Below are positions 7,150 to 16,068 of a stretch of DNA of 38,841 nucleotides, piece by piece. Every line of letters begins with the position of its first letter. Within the stretch, counting starts at the first letter, position 1. Position numbers and translations under genes: made by a program. Below the pieces are notes generated by a model. That model was not told where the DNA came from. It searched no databases and worked only from the letters and a program-made list of their open reading frames with translations. Origin of the DNA: Candidatus Eiseniibacteriota bacterium (GTDB taxonomy: Bacteria; Eisenbacteria; RBG-16-71-46); contig JBIOKD010000003.1 of the NCBI GenBank assembly GCA_044451485.1, forward strand, positions 1 through 38,841, written 5' to 3'.

Positions 7150-9057
7150 ATGTCCGACGCCGATCCGCGCGGTCTCGACCTGCATCTCCTGGCGCTCGAT
7201 TTCGCACCGTCGGGGATCGTGGCCGTCGACTCCCACGGGCGGATCCTGCTCGTCAATCGCGAGATCGAGCGGATGTTCGGATACGGCCGCGAGGAGCTGG
7301 CCGGCGAGCCCATCGAGCGACTGATCCCGGATCGTCATCACACCCGGCACGTCCAGGACCGCGGGCTCTTCCTCGCCCACCCGACGAGCCGTGCGATGGG
7401 CGCAGGTCGCGACCTCTTTGGCCGCCATCGTGACGGCTCGGAGTTCCCGGTGGAGGTCGGGCTCAACCCGGTGCGCACCCCGATCGGCACCCTGGTGTTC
7501 GCGTCGGTGGTCGACATCCGCGCCCGCAAGCGCGAGGAGGCCCGCTTTCAGGCCGCGGTCGAGTCGTCGCCGAGCGGCATGCTCATGGTCGACACCGATG
7601 GGCACATCGTGCTGGTCAATCGCGAGACCGAACGGTTGTTCGGCTACTCGCGAGAGGAGCTGATCGGGCAGCCGGTGGAGCGTCTGCTCCCGGAGGACGT
7701 CGCCGCCCGGCATCCGGGACTCCGGCACTCGTTCCTCGCGGCGCCATCGGCCCGGCCGATGGGTGCGGGTCGCGAGCTGGCCGGCCGGCGTCGTGACGGC
7801 AGCGCGGTTCCGGTGGAGATCGGTCTCAACCCGATCCAGACCGAGCACGGCACGTACGTGCTGGCCTCGATCGTCGACGTGAGCGAGCGCCGGGCGGCCG
7901 AACGGCATCTGCGTGACAGCGACGAGCGGCTTCGTCAGGTGCAGAGGCTCGAGGCGCTTGGCACGCTCGCCGGTGGCGTCGCCCACGACCTCAACAACGT
8001 GCTCATGGCGGTGTACGGGTACACCGAGCTGGCCATCGGCGAGACCACGGATTCGGGCGTGCGACGCGATCTCGACTACGTCCTGCGTGCCACCGAGCGC
8101 GGCCGGCATCTCATCCGCCGGATCCTCACCTTCAGTCGCCGCGGCGAGTCGCGGCGTCGCGCGCTCCGCTCCGGACGCGCCGTCGAGGAGGCGATCGAGC
8201 TGCTGCGGGGATCCCTGCCGAGCTCGATCGAGATCCGCACCGTGATCGCCGCCAACGCGCCGGTGGTGCTCGCGGACGAGACCGAGATCCACCAGATCGT
8301 GATGAACCTGGCGAGCAACGCGGCGCATGCGATGGGAGCCGGCGGAGTGCTCTCCATCGAGCTCGTCCCATGGACGGTCGGCGCGGCGGACCCGGCGCCG
8401 CACCCCGGCATCGAGCCCGGCGGCTACGCGCGTCTGACGGTTTCCGACGACGGGGCCGGCATGGACGAGGAGACCCGCCGGCGCGCCCTCGAGCCGTTCT
8501 TCACCACCAAGTCGGCGGGCGAGGGCACCGGTCTGGGTCTGTCGGTGATCCACGGCATCGTGCGCGCCCAGGGTGGCGCGATCGAGATCCACAGCGCCCC
8601 CGGCGCCGGGACGCGGGTCGAGATCCTGCTGCCGGCCACGGACCAAATGCCAGAGGACGTCGCCCTCGCGGCCGCACCGGTGGACTTCGCCGGGGCGCGT
8701 GCCCTGATGGTGGACGACGAGCCGGTGCTCGCGCGTCTGCTCAAGCGTCGTCTGGAGGGATTCGGGGTTCAGGTGACCCTCCACACCTCGAGTCCGGCGG
8801 CACTCGAGGCGTTCCGCGCCCGCCCAAATGACTTCGACATCCTGATCACCGACAACACCATGCCTCACCTGACCGGGACGGCCCTGGCCGGCGAGGTGCA
8901 CCGGACCCGGCCCGACCTGCCGATCCTGATGGTGTCGGGGGTCGGGGAAGCGATGGACGCGGCCCGACTCCGGGAGATCGGGGTGAGCCGGGTGCTCCCC
9001 AAGCCGCACACCGGCGCGGAGCTGGCGGCGGTGCTCCGCGAGCTGCTGGGCTCCTAG
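7150..9057 (+). CDS. Cytoplasmic hybrid sensor histidine kinase: PAS-PAS-HisKA-HATPase-REC
   Basis: Two tandem PAS/PAC repeats. Kinase boxes: H GGVAHDLNN, N MNLASNA, G1 DDGAGM, F EPFFTTK, G2 GTGLGL. Receiver: VDDE...TDNTMP...KP. No TM helix; GGAG RBS. Confidence 0.93.
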   Translation: MSDADPRGLDLHLLALDFAPSGIVAVDSHGRILLVNREIERMFGYGREELAGEPIERLIPDRHHTRHVQDRGLFLAHPTSRAMGAGRDLFGRHRDGSEFPVEVGLNPVRTPIGTLVFASVVDIRARKREEARFQAAVESSPSGMLMVDTDGHIVLVNRETERLFGYSREELIGQPVERLLPEDVAARHPGLRHSFLAAPSARPMGAGRELAGRRRDGSAVPVEIGLNPIQTEHGTYVLASIVDVSERRAAERHLRDSDERLRQVQRLEALGTLAGGVAHDLNNVLMAVYGYTELAIGETTDSGVRRDLDYVLRATERGRHLIRRILTFSRRGESRRRALRSGRAVEEAIELLRGSLPSSIEIRTVIAANAPVVLADETEIHQIVMNLASNAAHAMGAGGVLSIELVPWTVGAADPAPHPGIEPGGYARLTVSDDGAGMDEETRRRALEPFFTTKSAGEGTGLGLSVIHGIVRAQGGAIEIHSAPGAGTRVEILLPATDQMPEDVALAAAPVDFAGARALMVDDEPVLARLLKRRLEGFGVQVTLHTSSPAALEAFRARPNDFDILITDNTMPHLTGTALAGEVHRTRPDLPILMVSGVGEAMDAARLREIGVSRVLPKPHTGAELAAVLRELLGS

Positions 9058-9085
9058 GCTCCGCTTGAGACCGTAAGGCGCGCGT
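9054..9085 (+). repeat. Copy of dispersed ~30-bp repeat
   Basis: CTAGGCTCCGCTTGAGACCGTAAGGCGCGCGT; its TAG is the kinase stop codon. Confidence 0.65.
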
Positions 9086-9143
9086 CGCCGCCGCGACCTG
9101 CCGCAACCCCAAGGGCGAGGCCCGGGACCCCGGTGCCGGCGGG

Positions 9144-9172
9144 TTGGCCCCCGGCTGCCGATACCCTATAGT
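9144..9172 (+). promoter_or_regulatory. Putative sigma70 promoter for the M15 peptidase / L,D-transpeptidase pair
   Basis: TTGGCC-17 bp-TATAGT. Confidence 0.5.
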
Positions 9173-9292
9173 CCCGCGTTCGGATGGCGTGGGGGCGTCT
9201 CGCCCCGGGCCACGACCGGGCCGGCGGATTCATCGCGGCCGGTGCGCCCAGGTGGAACGCCCCCGGGCACGATGCTCACGAGGAACCCGGAC

Positions 9293-10246
9293 ATGACGCG
9301 GTTGCGCCCTACCGGCACCCTTCCGCTCCTTCGCACCGCCTGCGCCTGGCTTCTGGCGCTGGCCGTGGCGGCGGCCGGCACCGTCCTCCCGGTCCGCCTG
9401 CACCCGGAGGCCGACGCCGATCCCCTTTCCATGGCCGGCCCGATGCCGCTCTACGAGCAGCTGGTGCGCGGCTGGATGGGGGCCAGCGGCAACCTCCGGG
9501 CAGTGATGGCCACCGGTGACGCGGACTGGCTGGACCCCTGGCTCAAGACCGCCGGGATCACCCCCAGCGCCGGACTGCCGGGCGTCCACCTGCTCAAGTG
9601 GACCGCCCCCGATGGTCTGCCCCTGGTGCTCCTCCGACTGGTGCCCTTCGACGTCAAGCAAGGCAGCTTCGTCGGTCCCTACCACGTCGGGCGATGGCCG
9701 GCGGAGCGGCATCCGGCGACCGCCCCCAATTCGCTCCCGAACGGCTTCATCGTGGTCACGCCCGAGAACCAGGACACCTATGTCAGCACCCGCTTCCGTC
9801 TGCGGGACTTCGTGACCCACGACCAGGACGCGGTCTGGCCGAAGTACCTGGTGCTGCGCACCCAGCTCCTCGACAAGCTCGAGCTGATCGCCCAGGAACT
9901 GGAGCGCGAGGGCAAGCCGGCGCGCATCGAGGTGCTGTCCGGATTCCGCTCACCCCAGTACAACGCGCAGGGCGTGGGACGACGCGGTGGACGGGCCCGG
10001 GACAGCCAGCACATGTACGGCGACGCGGCCGACATCTACGTCGACGCCGACGGCGACGGGCGCATGGACGACCTCGATGGCGACGGCCACGTCACCGTCC
10101 GCGACGCGCGGGTGCTGGTGGCGATCGCGGAGCGGGTCGAGGACGAGCATCCCGAGCTGGTGGGCGGACTCGCGGCCTACCGGCCGCTCGGGTCGCACGG
10201 GCCGTTCGTGCACGTGGACACGCGCGGCTGGCGCGCCCGGTGGTGA
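9293..10246 (+). CDS. Secreted peptidase M15 (YcbK/MepK-like Zn peptidoglycan peptidase) with DxDxDG Ca-binding loops
   Basis: Signal peptide; SGFRSP..N...SQHMYGDAAD...FVHVDTRG motifs; DADGDG and DLDGDG loops. GAGGA precedes ATG 9293. Confidence 0.82.
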   Translation: MTRLRPTGTLPLLRTACAWLLALAVAAAGTVLPVRLHPEADADPLSMAGPMPLYEQLVRGWMGASGNLRAVMATGDADWLDPWLKTAGITPSAGLPGVHLLKWTAPDGLPLVLLRLVPFDVKQGSFVGPYHVGRWPAERHPATAPNSLPNGFIVVTPENQDTYVSTRFRLRDFVTHDQDAVWPKYLVLRTQLLDKLELIAQELEREGKPARIEVLSGFRSPQYNAQGVGRRGGRARDSQHMYGDAADIYVDADGDGRMDDLDGDGHVTVRDARVLVAIAERVEDEHPELVGGLAAYRPLGSHGPFVHVDTRGWRARW

Positions 10247-10307
10247 GCGCGGCGTCCTCGATGCGCGGCTTCCGGCGCCGGCACGGGTGACCGGCGTCTC
10301 GATCGCG

Positions 10308-12023
10308 ATGCCACTCGCGCTGCCCGCGCTGGTGCTTTCGAGCCTCCTCACGGTCGCGCCGGCGCGTCCACCCGAAACGACGTCCGTCCCGGACACCACG
10401 CGGGTCGCGGCCGCCGGGGACTCGCTGCACTGGCCCGAGCCCGGTGACGTGGCGGGTGAATGGCTGGGGTCGTGGTTCGCGACCACGGCCGGGCGACGCG
10501 ACAGTCTGGCCGACGTGCGCGCCGAGCTGGCGCGGGTCTACGCCGCCCGCGACTACCGGAGGTTCTGGTCGAGCGGAGACTGGCCGCGTCCGCAGGCGGC
10601 GCGGGTGGTCGCGGCGCTGCGTGGGGCCGTGTCCCACGGCCTGGACCCGGCGCAGTACGACCCGGATCTCCTCGCCGCGCGTCTGGCCCGCATGGCCCCG
10701 CCATGGGCCGCACCGTCCCCCGCCGAGCTGGGACGTCTCGATCTGTTGCTCTCCACCGCGGCCTCGCGTTATGCCGCGGCGCTGGCCGGCGGACGGGTCC
10801 CACCCCGCCTCCCCCATCCATCGTTGCGCAATCGCGTGGTCCGGATCGACCGTGGGGCCGTGCTCGACACGCTCGTCGCGAGCGCCGATCCGGCGGCGCT
10901 CCTCGAGGACCTGGCGCCACACACGAGCGAGTACCGGCGGCTCCGCGCCGCGCTCGCCGACTACCACGCGCTCGACGCCGACAGCGCGATCGCCCGCCTC
11001 GCCCGACGGGCCACCCGTCCACTGAAGGTCGGCGAGCGGTGGCCCGACGCCGGTGGCCTGCGACACGCGTTGTGGCGTGCCGGGGGCATGAGCGACTCGG
11101 TGTACGCCCTCCGGCATCGGGACTCGCTGGTGACCCGGGCCATGATCCAGGCGGCGCGGGTGATCTCGCGGCGGGACAGCGTGCCCTTCGACGGCACCCT
11201 GCATCCGCCGCTCGACTCGCTCCTCACACACGATCTCGCGACACGCGAACGCGCCGTGGTGCTGGCACTCGAGCGCCAGCGCTGGTTCACGCGGGACTTC
11301 CCCGCCCCGCCGATCGTCGTCAACATCCCGTCCTTCGAGATGCGCTACTGGACCGGTGTCACCGCCGACAGCGGCACCGTCATGCACATGCGGGTCTGTG
11401 TCGGCGGTGCCGACAGCACCCAGACTCCGCCGCTCTCGGATCGTCTCTACGCAGTGGTGTTCCGGCCCAACTGGAACATCCCGAAATCGATCATGCTGAA
11501 GGAGATCCGCCCGAAGGCGCTCGAGGACTCGACCTACCTGCTCAAGAACCGCTACGAGCTGGTCCAGGGCAATCGCGTCGTGCCCCCCACCGCCGCGAAC
11601 GTCGACGCGATCGGGGTCAAGGTGCGGGTGCGTCAGAAGTCGGGTGAAGGGAACGCACTTGGTGACATCAAGTTCGCGTTGTCCAACAGCGAGGCGATCT
11701 ACATGCACGACACCCCGATGCGGGCCCCGTTCCATCTCGCGCGGCGAGACGTGTCGCACGGTTGTGTCCGGCTCCAGGACGCCCACTCGCTGGCGCGGTA
11801 TCTCCTGCGCGACGATCCGGTATGGCCCCCGGAGCGGATCATGGCCGCGACCAAGGCGGACACCACCACCATCGTGCCGCTCGACGCGTCGGTTCCGGTG
11901 GAGATCGTCTACTGGACCGCCGTCACCCGTTCGACCGGGGGTCTCGAGCTCTACCCCGACATCTATCACCACGACGACCCGCTCGACTCGCTCCTGCACC
12001 TTCGCTACCCGCTGCCTCGTTGA
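10308..12023 (+). CDS. L,D-transpeptidase, YcbB/LdtD type
   Basis: Scaffold motif HGLDPAQY; LERQRW; IVVNIPSF; TP; P.WNIPKSI; RQ..G..NALG.IKF; catalytic IYMHDTP...SHGCVRL. Start placed at the signal peptide (10287 is an alternative). Confidence 0.9.
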   Translation: MPLALPALVLSSLLTVAPARPPETTSVPDTTRVAAAGDSLHWPEPGDVAGEWLGSWFATTAGRRDSLADVRAELARVYAARDYRRFWSSGDWPRPQAARVVAALRGAVSHGLDPAQYDPDLLAARLARMAPPWAAPSPAELGRLDLLLSTAASRYAAALAGGRVPPRLPHPSLRNRVVRIDRGAVLDTLVASADPAALLEDLAPHTSEYRRLRAALADYHALDADSAIARLARRATRPLKVGERWPDAGGLRHALWRAGGMSDSVYALRHRDSLVTRAMIQAARVISRRDSVPFDGTLHPPLDSLLTHDLATRERAVVLALERQRWFTRDFPAPPIVVNIPSFEMRYWTGVTADSGTVMHMRVCVGGADSTQTPPLSDRLYAVVFRPNWNIPKSIMLKEIRPKALEDSTYLLKNRYELVQGNRVVPPTAANVDAIGVKVRVRQKSGEGNALGDIKFALSNSEAIYMHDTPMRAPFHLARRDVSHGCVRLQDAHSLARYLLRDDPVWPPERIMAATKADTTTIVPLDASVPVEIVYWTAVTRSTGGLELYPDIYHHDDPLDSLLHLRYPLPR

Positions 12024-12038
12024 GTCGGCCGCAACGGC

Positions 12039-12072
12039 GCGGGGCCGGGGGAGGACTCTCCCCCGGCCCCGC
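12039..12072. terminator. Strong hairpin between convergent genes (probable bidirectional terminator)
   Basis: GCGGGGCCGGGGGAG-gact-CTCCCCCGGCCCCGC, perfect 15-bp stem; no U-tract. Confidence 0.6.
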
Positions 12073-12089
12073 CAGGCGGACCGCCGGTG

Positions 12090-12782
12090 TCAGGAGTGAA
12101 CGGTGACGATGAAGCCCGGGGCCTTCGGTCCGTTGGGCTTCGAGATCCCGTACATCCAGAACGTGTACACGTGTCCGGCGTCGAACTCGACACCGGACGT
12201 GGCGGCCACGACCGTCGCGGTCCCCGCGACGTGCGCCTCGAGGTTGTACACACCGGCCGCGATCGGCATCCACGCGCTCGCCCCCTGGAACGGCACCGCC
12301 GCCGCCAGCACCGCTCCCCCGGTCACGACGAAGTCCGCCGACGGTGTGGTGGGCTCGAGCTGCACGAAGCGGACCCGCGCGGATCCGGCGGCCGGGGGCG
12401 ACAGGTCGTCCTCGAGCACGAGCGGCGCGATCCGGCTCAGGGAATCGGTCGCGAACACCGTGTAGTGCCCACCCGCCTGCGCTGGCAACGTGGTGTCGAA
12501 GAGCGGCGCGCCGCCGCTCGGGATCATCTGGACGTGGGGGCTCGACTGGGCGGTGACGGCATAGCCGGTGTTGTTCAGGAAGACCACCGAGCCGGCGATG
12601 AGCGAGCCGTCGAGCCACACGTCGACCTTGGGGGTGTTCGGCGAGGCCTGCACCACCATCACCCGGGCCAGGGCGGCCGGCGCCACCGGGGAGACATCGT
12701 TGTTGTAGCCGCAGCCGGCGATGACGAGGACACCGGCGAGGGTGACCGACGTGACGAGCCGGCGTGACACGACCGACATCAT
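12090..12782 (-). CDS. DUF4397-like lipoprotein
   Basis: Lipobox VIAGC; two repeats ARV(M/R)xVQ..P..P..D; YTVFA...LVLEDD; GGAG RBS. Confidence 0.75.
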   Translation of the reverse strand: MMSVVSRRLVTSVTLAGVLVIAGCGYNNDVSPVAPAALARVMVVQASPNTPKVDVWLDGSLIAGSVVFLNNTGYAVTAQSSPHVQMIPSGGAPLFDTTLPAQAGGHYTVFATDSLSRIAPLVLEDDLSPPAAGSARVRFVQLEPTTPSADFVVTGGAVLAAAVPFQGASAWMPIAAGVYNLEAHVAGTATVVAATSGVEFDAGHVYTFWMYGISKPNGPKAPGFIVTVHS

Positions 12783-13018
12783 GGCATCTCCGTTTCGAGG
12801 TTCAGGGCCGCCGGGGCGGCGGCGTGACGCGTCGCGTCACCCGGCCCCAAGTCCGATATCCGGGCACGGTCGCACGGATGCTCCGGCGTCGCAAGTCCAG
12901 CCCCTTCGCGGGCCGGCTCCTCCGCGGCGCGAACCCGGCTTGGGGCGACGGTCTCGAGCCACTACCCTCCCTCATCATCCCCGGTCGCACCTCGTCCCGA
13001 CGCCGACCCGGAGAAGCG

Positions 13019-13987
13019 ATGACACCCGTTCCCACCACCGCACCGTCGCGCTCGCTCGCCGCCGCCACGTTCTGCACGCTCATCTGGGGCAGCACCTTCC
13101 TGTTCATCAGCATCGGCAACGACACGGTGCCACCGGTGTGGGCCGCCACGATGCGTCTGGTGGCGGCGTCGGCGATCCTGTTCGCGCTGGCCGTCGCGCG
13201 TGGCCAGCCGCTGCCACGCGGCGCGGCGCTCGCCAGCGCCCTCTGGTTCGGACTGTTCCAGTTCGGGTTCAACTTCCCGCTCCTGTACTGGGCGGAGAAG
13301 ACCGTGCCCTCGAGTCTCACCTCGATCGTCTTCGCGACCATTCCGCTCCAGGCCGCCCTGATGAGCTGGCGCATGGGGCTCGAGAGCTTCTCCCCCGCCC
13401 GTGTGATCGGCGGCGTGGTGGCGGTGGCGGGTATCGGGTTCATCTTCGGCGGGGAGCTCCGATGGGCCGGTGGCCCGTGGCCGCTGCTCGCCGTCGTGGC
13501 CGGCACCGTGTGTGCCAACGTCGGCTCGCTCCTCTACAAGAAGGGGCCGCATCAGCCACCGATCCCGGCCAACGCGATCGCCACCGCGCTCGGCGCCGTG
13601 ATCGCGTTCGTGATCAGCCGGCTGGCCCGCGAACCGATGACGCCGCCACCCACCCCGGGCTCGTGGTTCGCGCTCGGCTATCTCACGATCGCCGGCTCCG
13701 TGGGCGCCTTCGTGACCTGGTCGTGGCTGGTGATGCGGATGCCGGTCTCACGCATCTCGTTCATCGCGGTGATCGCGCCGCTCATCGCCCTCGCGCTGGG
13801 TGTGCTCGTACGACACGAGCATCTGGCGCCGTTGAGCGTGGCCGGTGCGCTGGTCGTGCTCGCGGGGGTGGCGATCGGGCTGGAGGTGGGGCGTGTGCCG
13901 GCGCGGGTCGCGCCGGATGACCGTGGCGGTCAGGGCCCCGGTGGCGGCTCCGACACCTCGAACTCGAGCAGGGCGTCCACCGGGTAG
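13019..13987 (+). CDS. EamA/DMT-family transporter
   Basis: LIWGSTFLFI start, ~10 TM helices, YLTIAGSVGAF, LG....E.L motif; GGAG RBS. The 3' end overlaps apt by 58 bp. Confidence 0.88.
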   Translation: MTPVPTTAPSRSLAAATFCTLIWGSTFLFISIGNDTVPPVWAATMRLVAASAILFALAVARGQPLPRGAALASALWFGLFQFGFNFPLLYWAEKTVPSSLTSIVFATIPLQAALMSWRMGLESFSPARVIGGVVAVAGIGFIFGGELRWAGGPWPLLAVVAGTVCANVGSLLYKKGPHQPPIPANAIATALGAVIAFVISRLAREPMTPPPTPGSWFALGYLTIAGSVGAFVTWSWLVMRMPVSRISFIAVIAPLIALALGVLVRHEHLAPLSVAGALVVLAGVAIGLEVGRVPARVAPDDRGGQGPGGGSDTSNSSRASTG

Positions 13988-14478
13988 GACGCCAGCCGCT
14001 CGCGCCCGCCGAGACCCTTGAGCTCGATCAGGAACAGCAGGGCGCCGACTCTTGCCCGGAGCTGCTCGACGAGACGCGCGGTGGCCTCCGCGGTCCCGCC
14101 GGTGGCGAGCAGGTCGTCGACGATCACGACCCGTTGCCCGGGACGGAGCGCGTCGGCCTGGATCTCCAGCGTGTCTTCCCCGTACTCGAGCGAGTACACC
14201 TCGCGCACCGTGCGGCCCGGCAGCTTGCCGAACTTGCGCGCCGGCACCAGCGGCACGCCCCAGGCGAGCGCGAGCCCGGTCCCGAACAGGAAGCCGCGTG
14301 ACTCGATCGCCACCACCGCGTCGGGGGGTTCCACACGCTCGCTCATCCGGCGGATGGCCTCCCGGAACGCGGACGAGTCGGCGAGCAGCGGGGTGATGTC
14401 CTTGAACACGACGCCCTTCTTGGGGAAATCGGGCATGTCGCGGACGAAGCGTCGGAGATCGCGTGGCGGCTCCATCAT
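13930..14478 (-). CDS. apt: Adenine phosphoribosyltransferase
   Basis: PDFPKKGVVFKDITPLL, ESRGF, RK.GKLPG, YSLEYG, PRPP motif VIVDDLLATGGT. Confidence 0.96.
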   Translation of the reverse strand: MMEPPRDLRRFVRDMPDFPKKGVVFKDITPLLADSSAFREAIRRMSERVEPPDAVVAIESRGFLFGTGLALAWGVPLVPARKFGKLPGRTVREVYSLEYGEDTLEIQADALRPGQRVVIVDDLLATGGTAEATARLVEQLRARVGALLFLIELKGLGGRERLASYPVDALLEFEVSEPPPGP

Positions 14479-14482
14479 GGCC

Positions 14483-15550
14483 TCACGGGGTCGAGGTCTC
14501 GGGAGCGTCCGGGAGGGTCGTGAGCTCGAACGCGCGGCGCAGCTTGTCGAGGGCCCGCGCCTCGATCTGACGCACCCGCTCACGCGAGATCCCGAAGTGC
14601 TCGCCGGTCTGGGCGAGCGTGCGCGCCACCCCGTCGACGAAGCCGTAACGGATCCGCAGCACCTGCTCCTCGCGCTGACTCAGGGAGCGCAGATGCCGGT
14701 CGATCTGCTCGTGCTCGAGCTGCAGCTCGACCAGCCGCTCCACCGACTGGGGCCCCTCGCCCAGGTCCTCGTTGGAGAGCTGGTCGAATGCGGCGAGACC
14801 GGAGCCCTCGTCGAGGGAGCGCAGACCCGCGATCAGGCTCCCCAGTCGTTCGACACGGCCGACCGAGATCTGCAGCTCGCCGGCCAGCTCGGTCGGCGAC
14901 GGCTCGCGACCGAAGCGGTGACGCAGCGCGCGCTCGGTGCGCACGTAGCGGTTCACCTGCTGGAACATCTGCACCGGGATCCGCAGCGCGCGCGCCTGCT
15001 CGGCGATCCCGCGCAGGATCGACTGCCGGATCCAGATCGCGGCGTAGGTGCTGAAGTGAAGCCCGCGTTCGGGCTCGAACCGGTCCACCGCGTGGATCAG
15101 ACCGAGGTTGCCCTCCTCGATCACGTCGAGCAACGGCAGTCCCCGTGAGCGGTAGCCCCGGGCGACGTGCACCACCAGACGCAGGTTGGCGAGGATCATC
15201 CGTTTGCGGGCGAGCGGGTCCCCGGCGCGGGCTTCCGCCGCGAGCGACAGGGTTTGCTGGTGGGTGAGGAGCGGGATCCGTCCGATCTCGTCCAGGTAGC
15301 GGTCGAGCGAATCGCGATCGGTGACGCCGGCGCGCGGATCGCCCGGGATCGGGGTGTCCTCATCGCTCTCGGGCAGCGTCAGACCGGCGCCGGTGATCCG
15401 CTCGCGAAACCGCTCGAAGGCGTCCTCGTCGAAGTCCGGATCCACCAGCAACGCCTCGTACTCGCGCGCGCGCAGACCACCCGCCCGGCGGGCCTGGTCG
15501 AGCGCGGCGTCGAGACGCTGCTCGAATCGAACGCGTTCCAGGGGACTCAT
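14483..15550 (-). CDS. rpoS: RNA polymerase sigma-70 family factor, RpoS-like
   Basis: Region 1.2 YLDEIGRIPLLT; region 2 ANLRLVV...EGNLGLIHAVDRFEPERGLHFSTYA; region 4 ISRERVRQIE. The rpoS label rests on the surE-pcm-...-sigma-apt gene order. ATG overlaps the acyP stop. Confidence 0.85.
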   Translation of the reverse strand: MSPLERVRFEQRLDAALDQARRAGGLRAREYEALLVDPDFDEDAFERFRERITGAGLTLPESDEDTPIPGDPRAGVTDRDSLDRYLDEIGRIPLLTHQQTLSLAAEARAGDPLARKRMILANLRLVVHVARGYRSRGLPLLDVIEEGNLGLIHAVDRFEPERGLHFSTYAAIWIRQSILRGIAEQARALRIPVQMFQQVNRYVRTERALRHRFGREPSPTELAGELQISVGRVERLGSLIAGLRSLDEGSGLAAFDQLSNEDLGEGPQSVERLVELQLEHEQIDRHLRSLSQREEQVLRIRYGFVDGVARTLAQTGEHFGISRERVRQIEARALDKLRRAFELTTLPDAPETSTP

Positions 15551-15825
15551 GGCGACGATCGGATCTCGAATCCTCGATGATGCGCCGGGCCCTGCTCCCA
15601 GCGCTCCTCCACCGCGTCCACCCGGGCGTGCGACGGGCCCTCGCGGATGCGCGCCAGCAGCGAGCCCAGCGCCTCCGGGCTGCCCTCGGCTTCGATGAGC
15701 ACCGAGCCGTCCCGCCGGTTGGCCACCCAGCCGGTCAGGTCGAGGGACGCGGCGGCGCGGAGCACGAAACCGCGGAAGCCGACACCCTGGACGAGCCCGC
15801 GAACCGTGAGATGCACCCGGTGCAT
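15547..15825 (-). CDS. acyP: Acylphosphatase
   Basis: VRGLVQGVGFR, LTGWVANRRDGSV, GPSHARV; 92 aa. Confidence 0.93.
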   Translation of the reverse strand: MHRVHLTVRGLVQGVGFRGFVLRAAASLDLTGWVANRRDGSVLIEAEGSPEALGSLLARIREGPSHARVDAVEERWEQGPAHHRGFEIRSSP

Positions 15826-15936
15826 GCCGCGCGCAGCATCGCCCAGCCCCGGGCGTGCCGCAAGCCCGGGATGTGGCATCGGTGACCACGCCAAACGAAT
15901 CGGCGCCCGGACCCCGAGCGCCGTCGCGTCGAATGA

Positions 15937-16013
<77 letters not shown>

Positions 16014-16068
16014 ACGATGTGTTTGGAGCCACCGCGTTCCGCCCCGTTCCCGGTCTTCCGGCAGACCG

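Noticed and set aside
163-9075. Repeat copies flanking the cytochrome-kinase block considered as ends of a composite mobile unit
   Set aside because: The arms point outward from the block and the same repeat occurs among core genes, so the flanking is explained by its general abundance.
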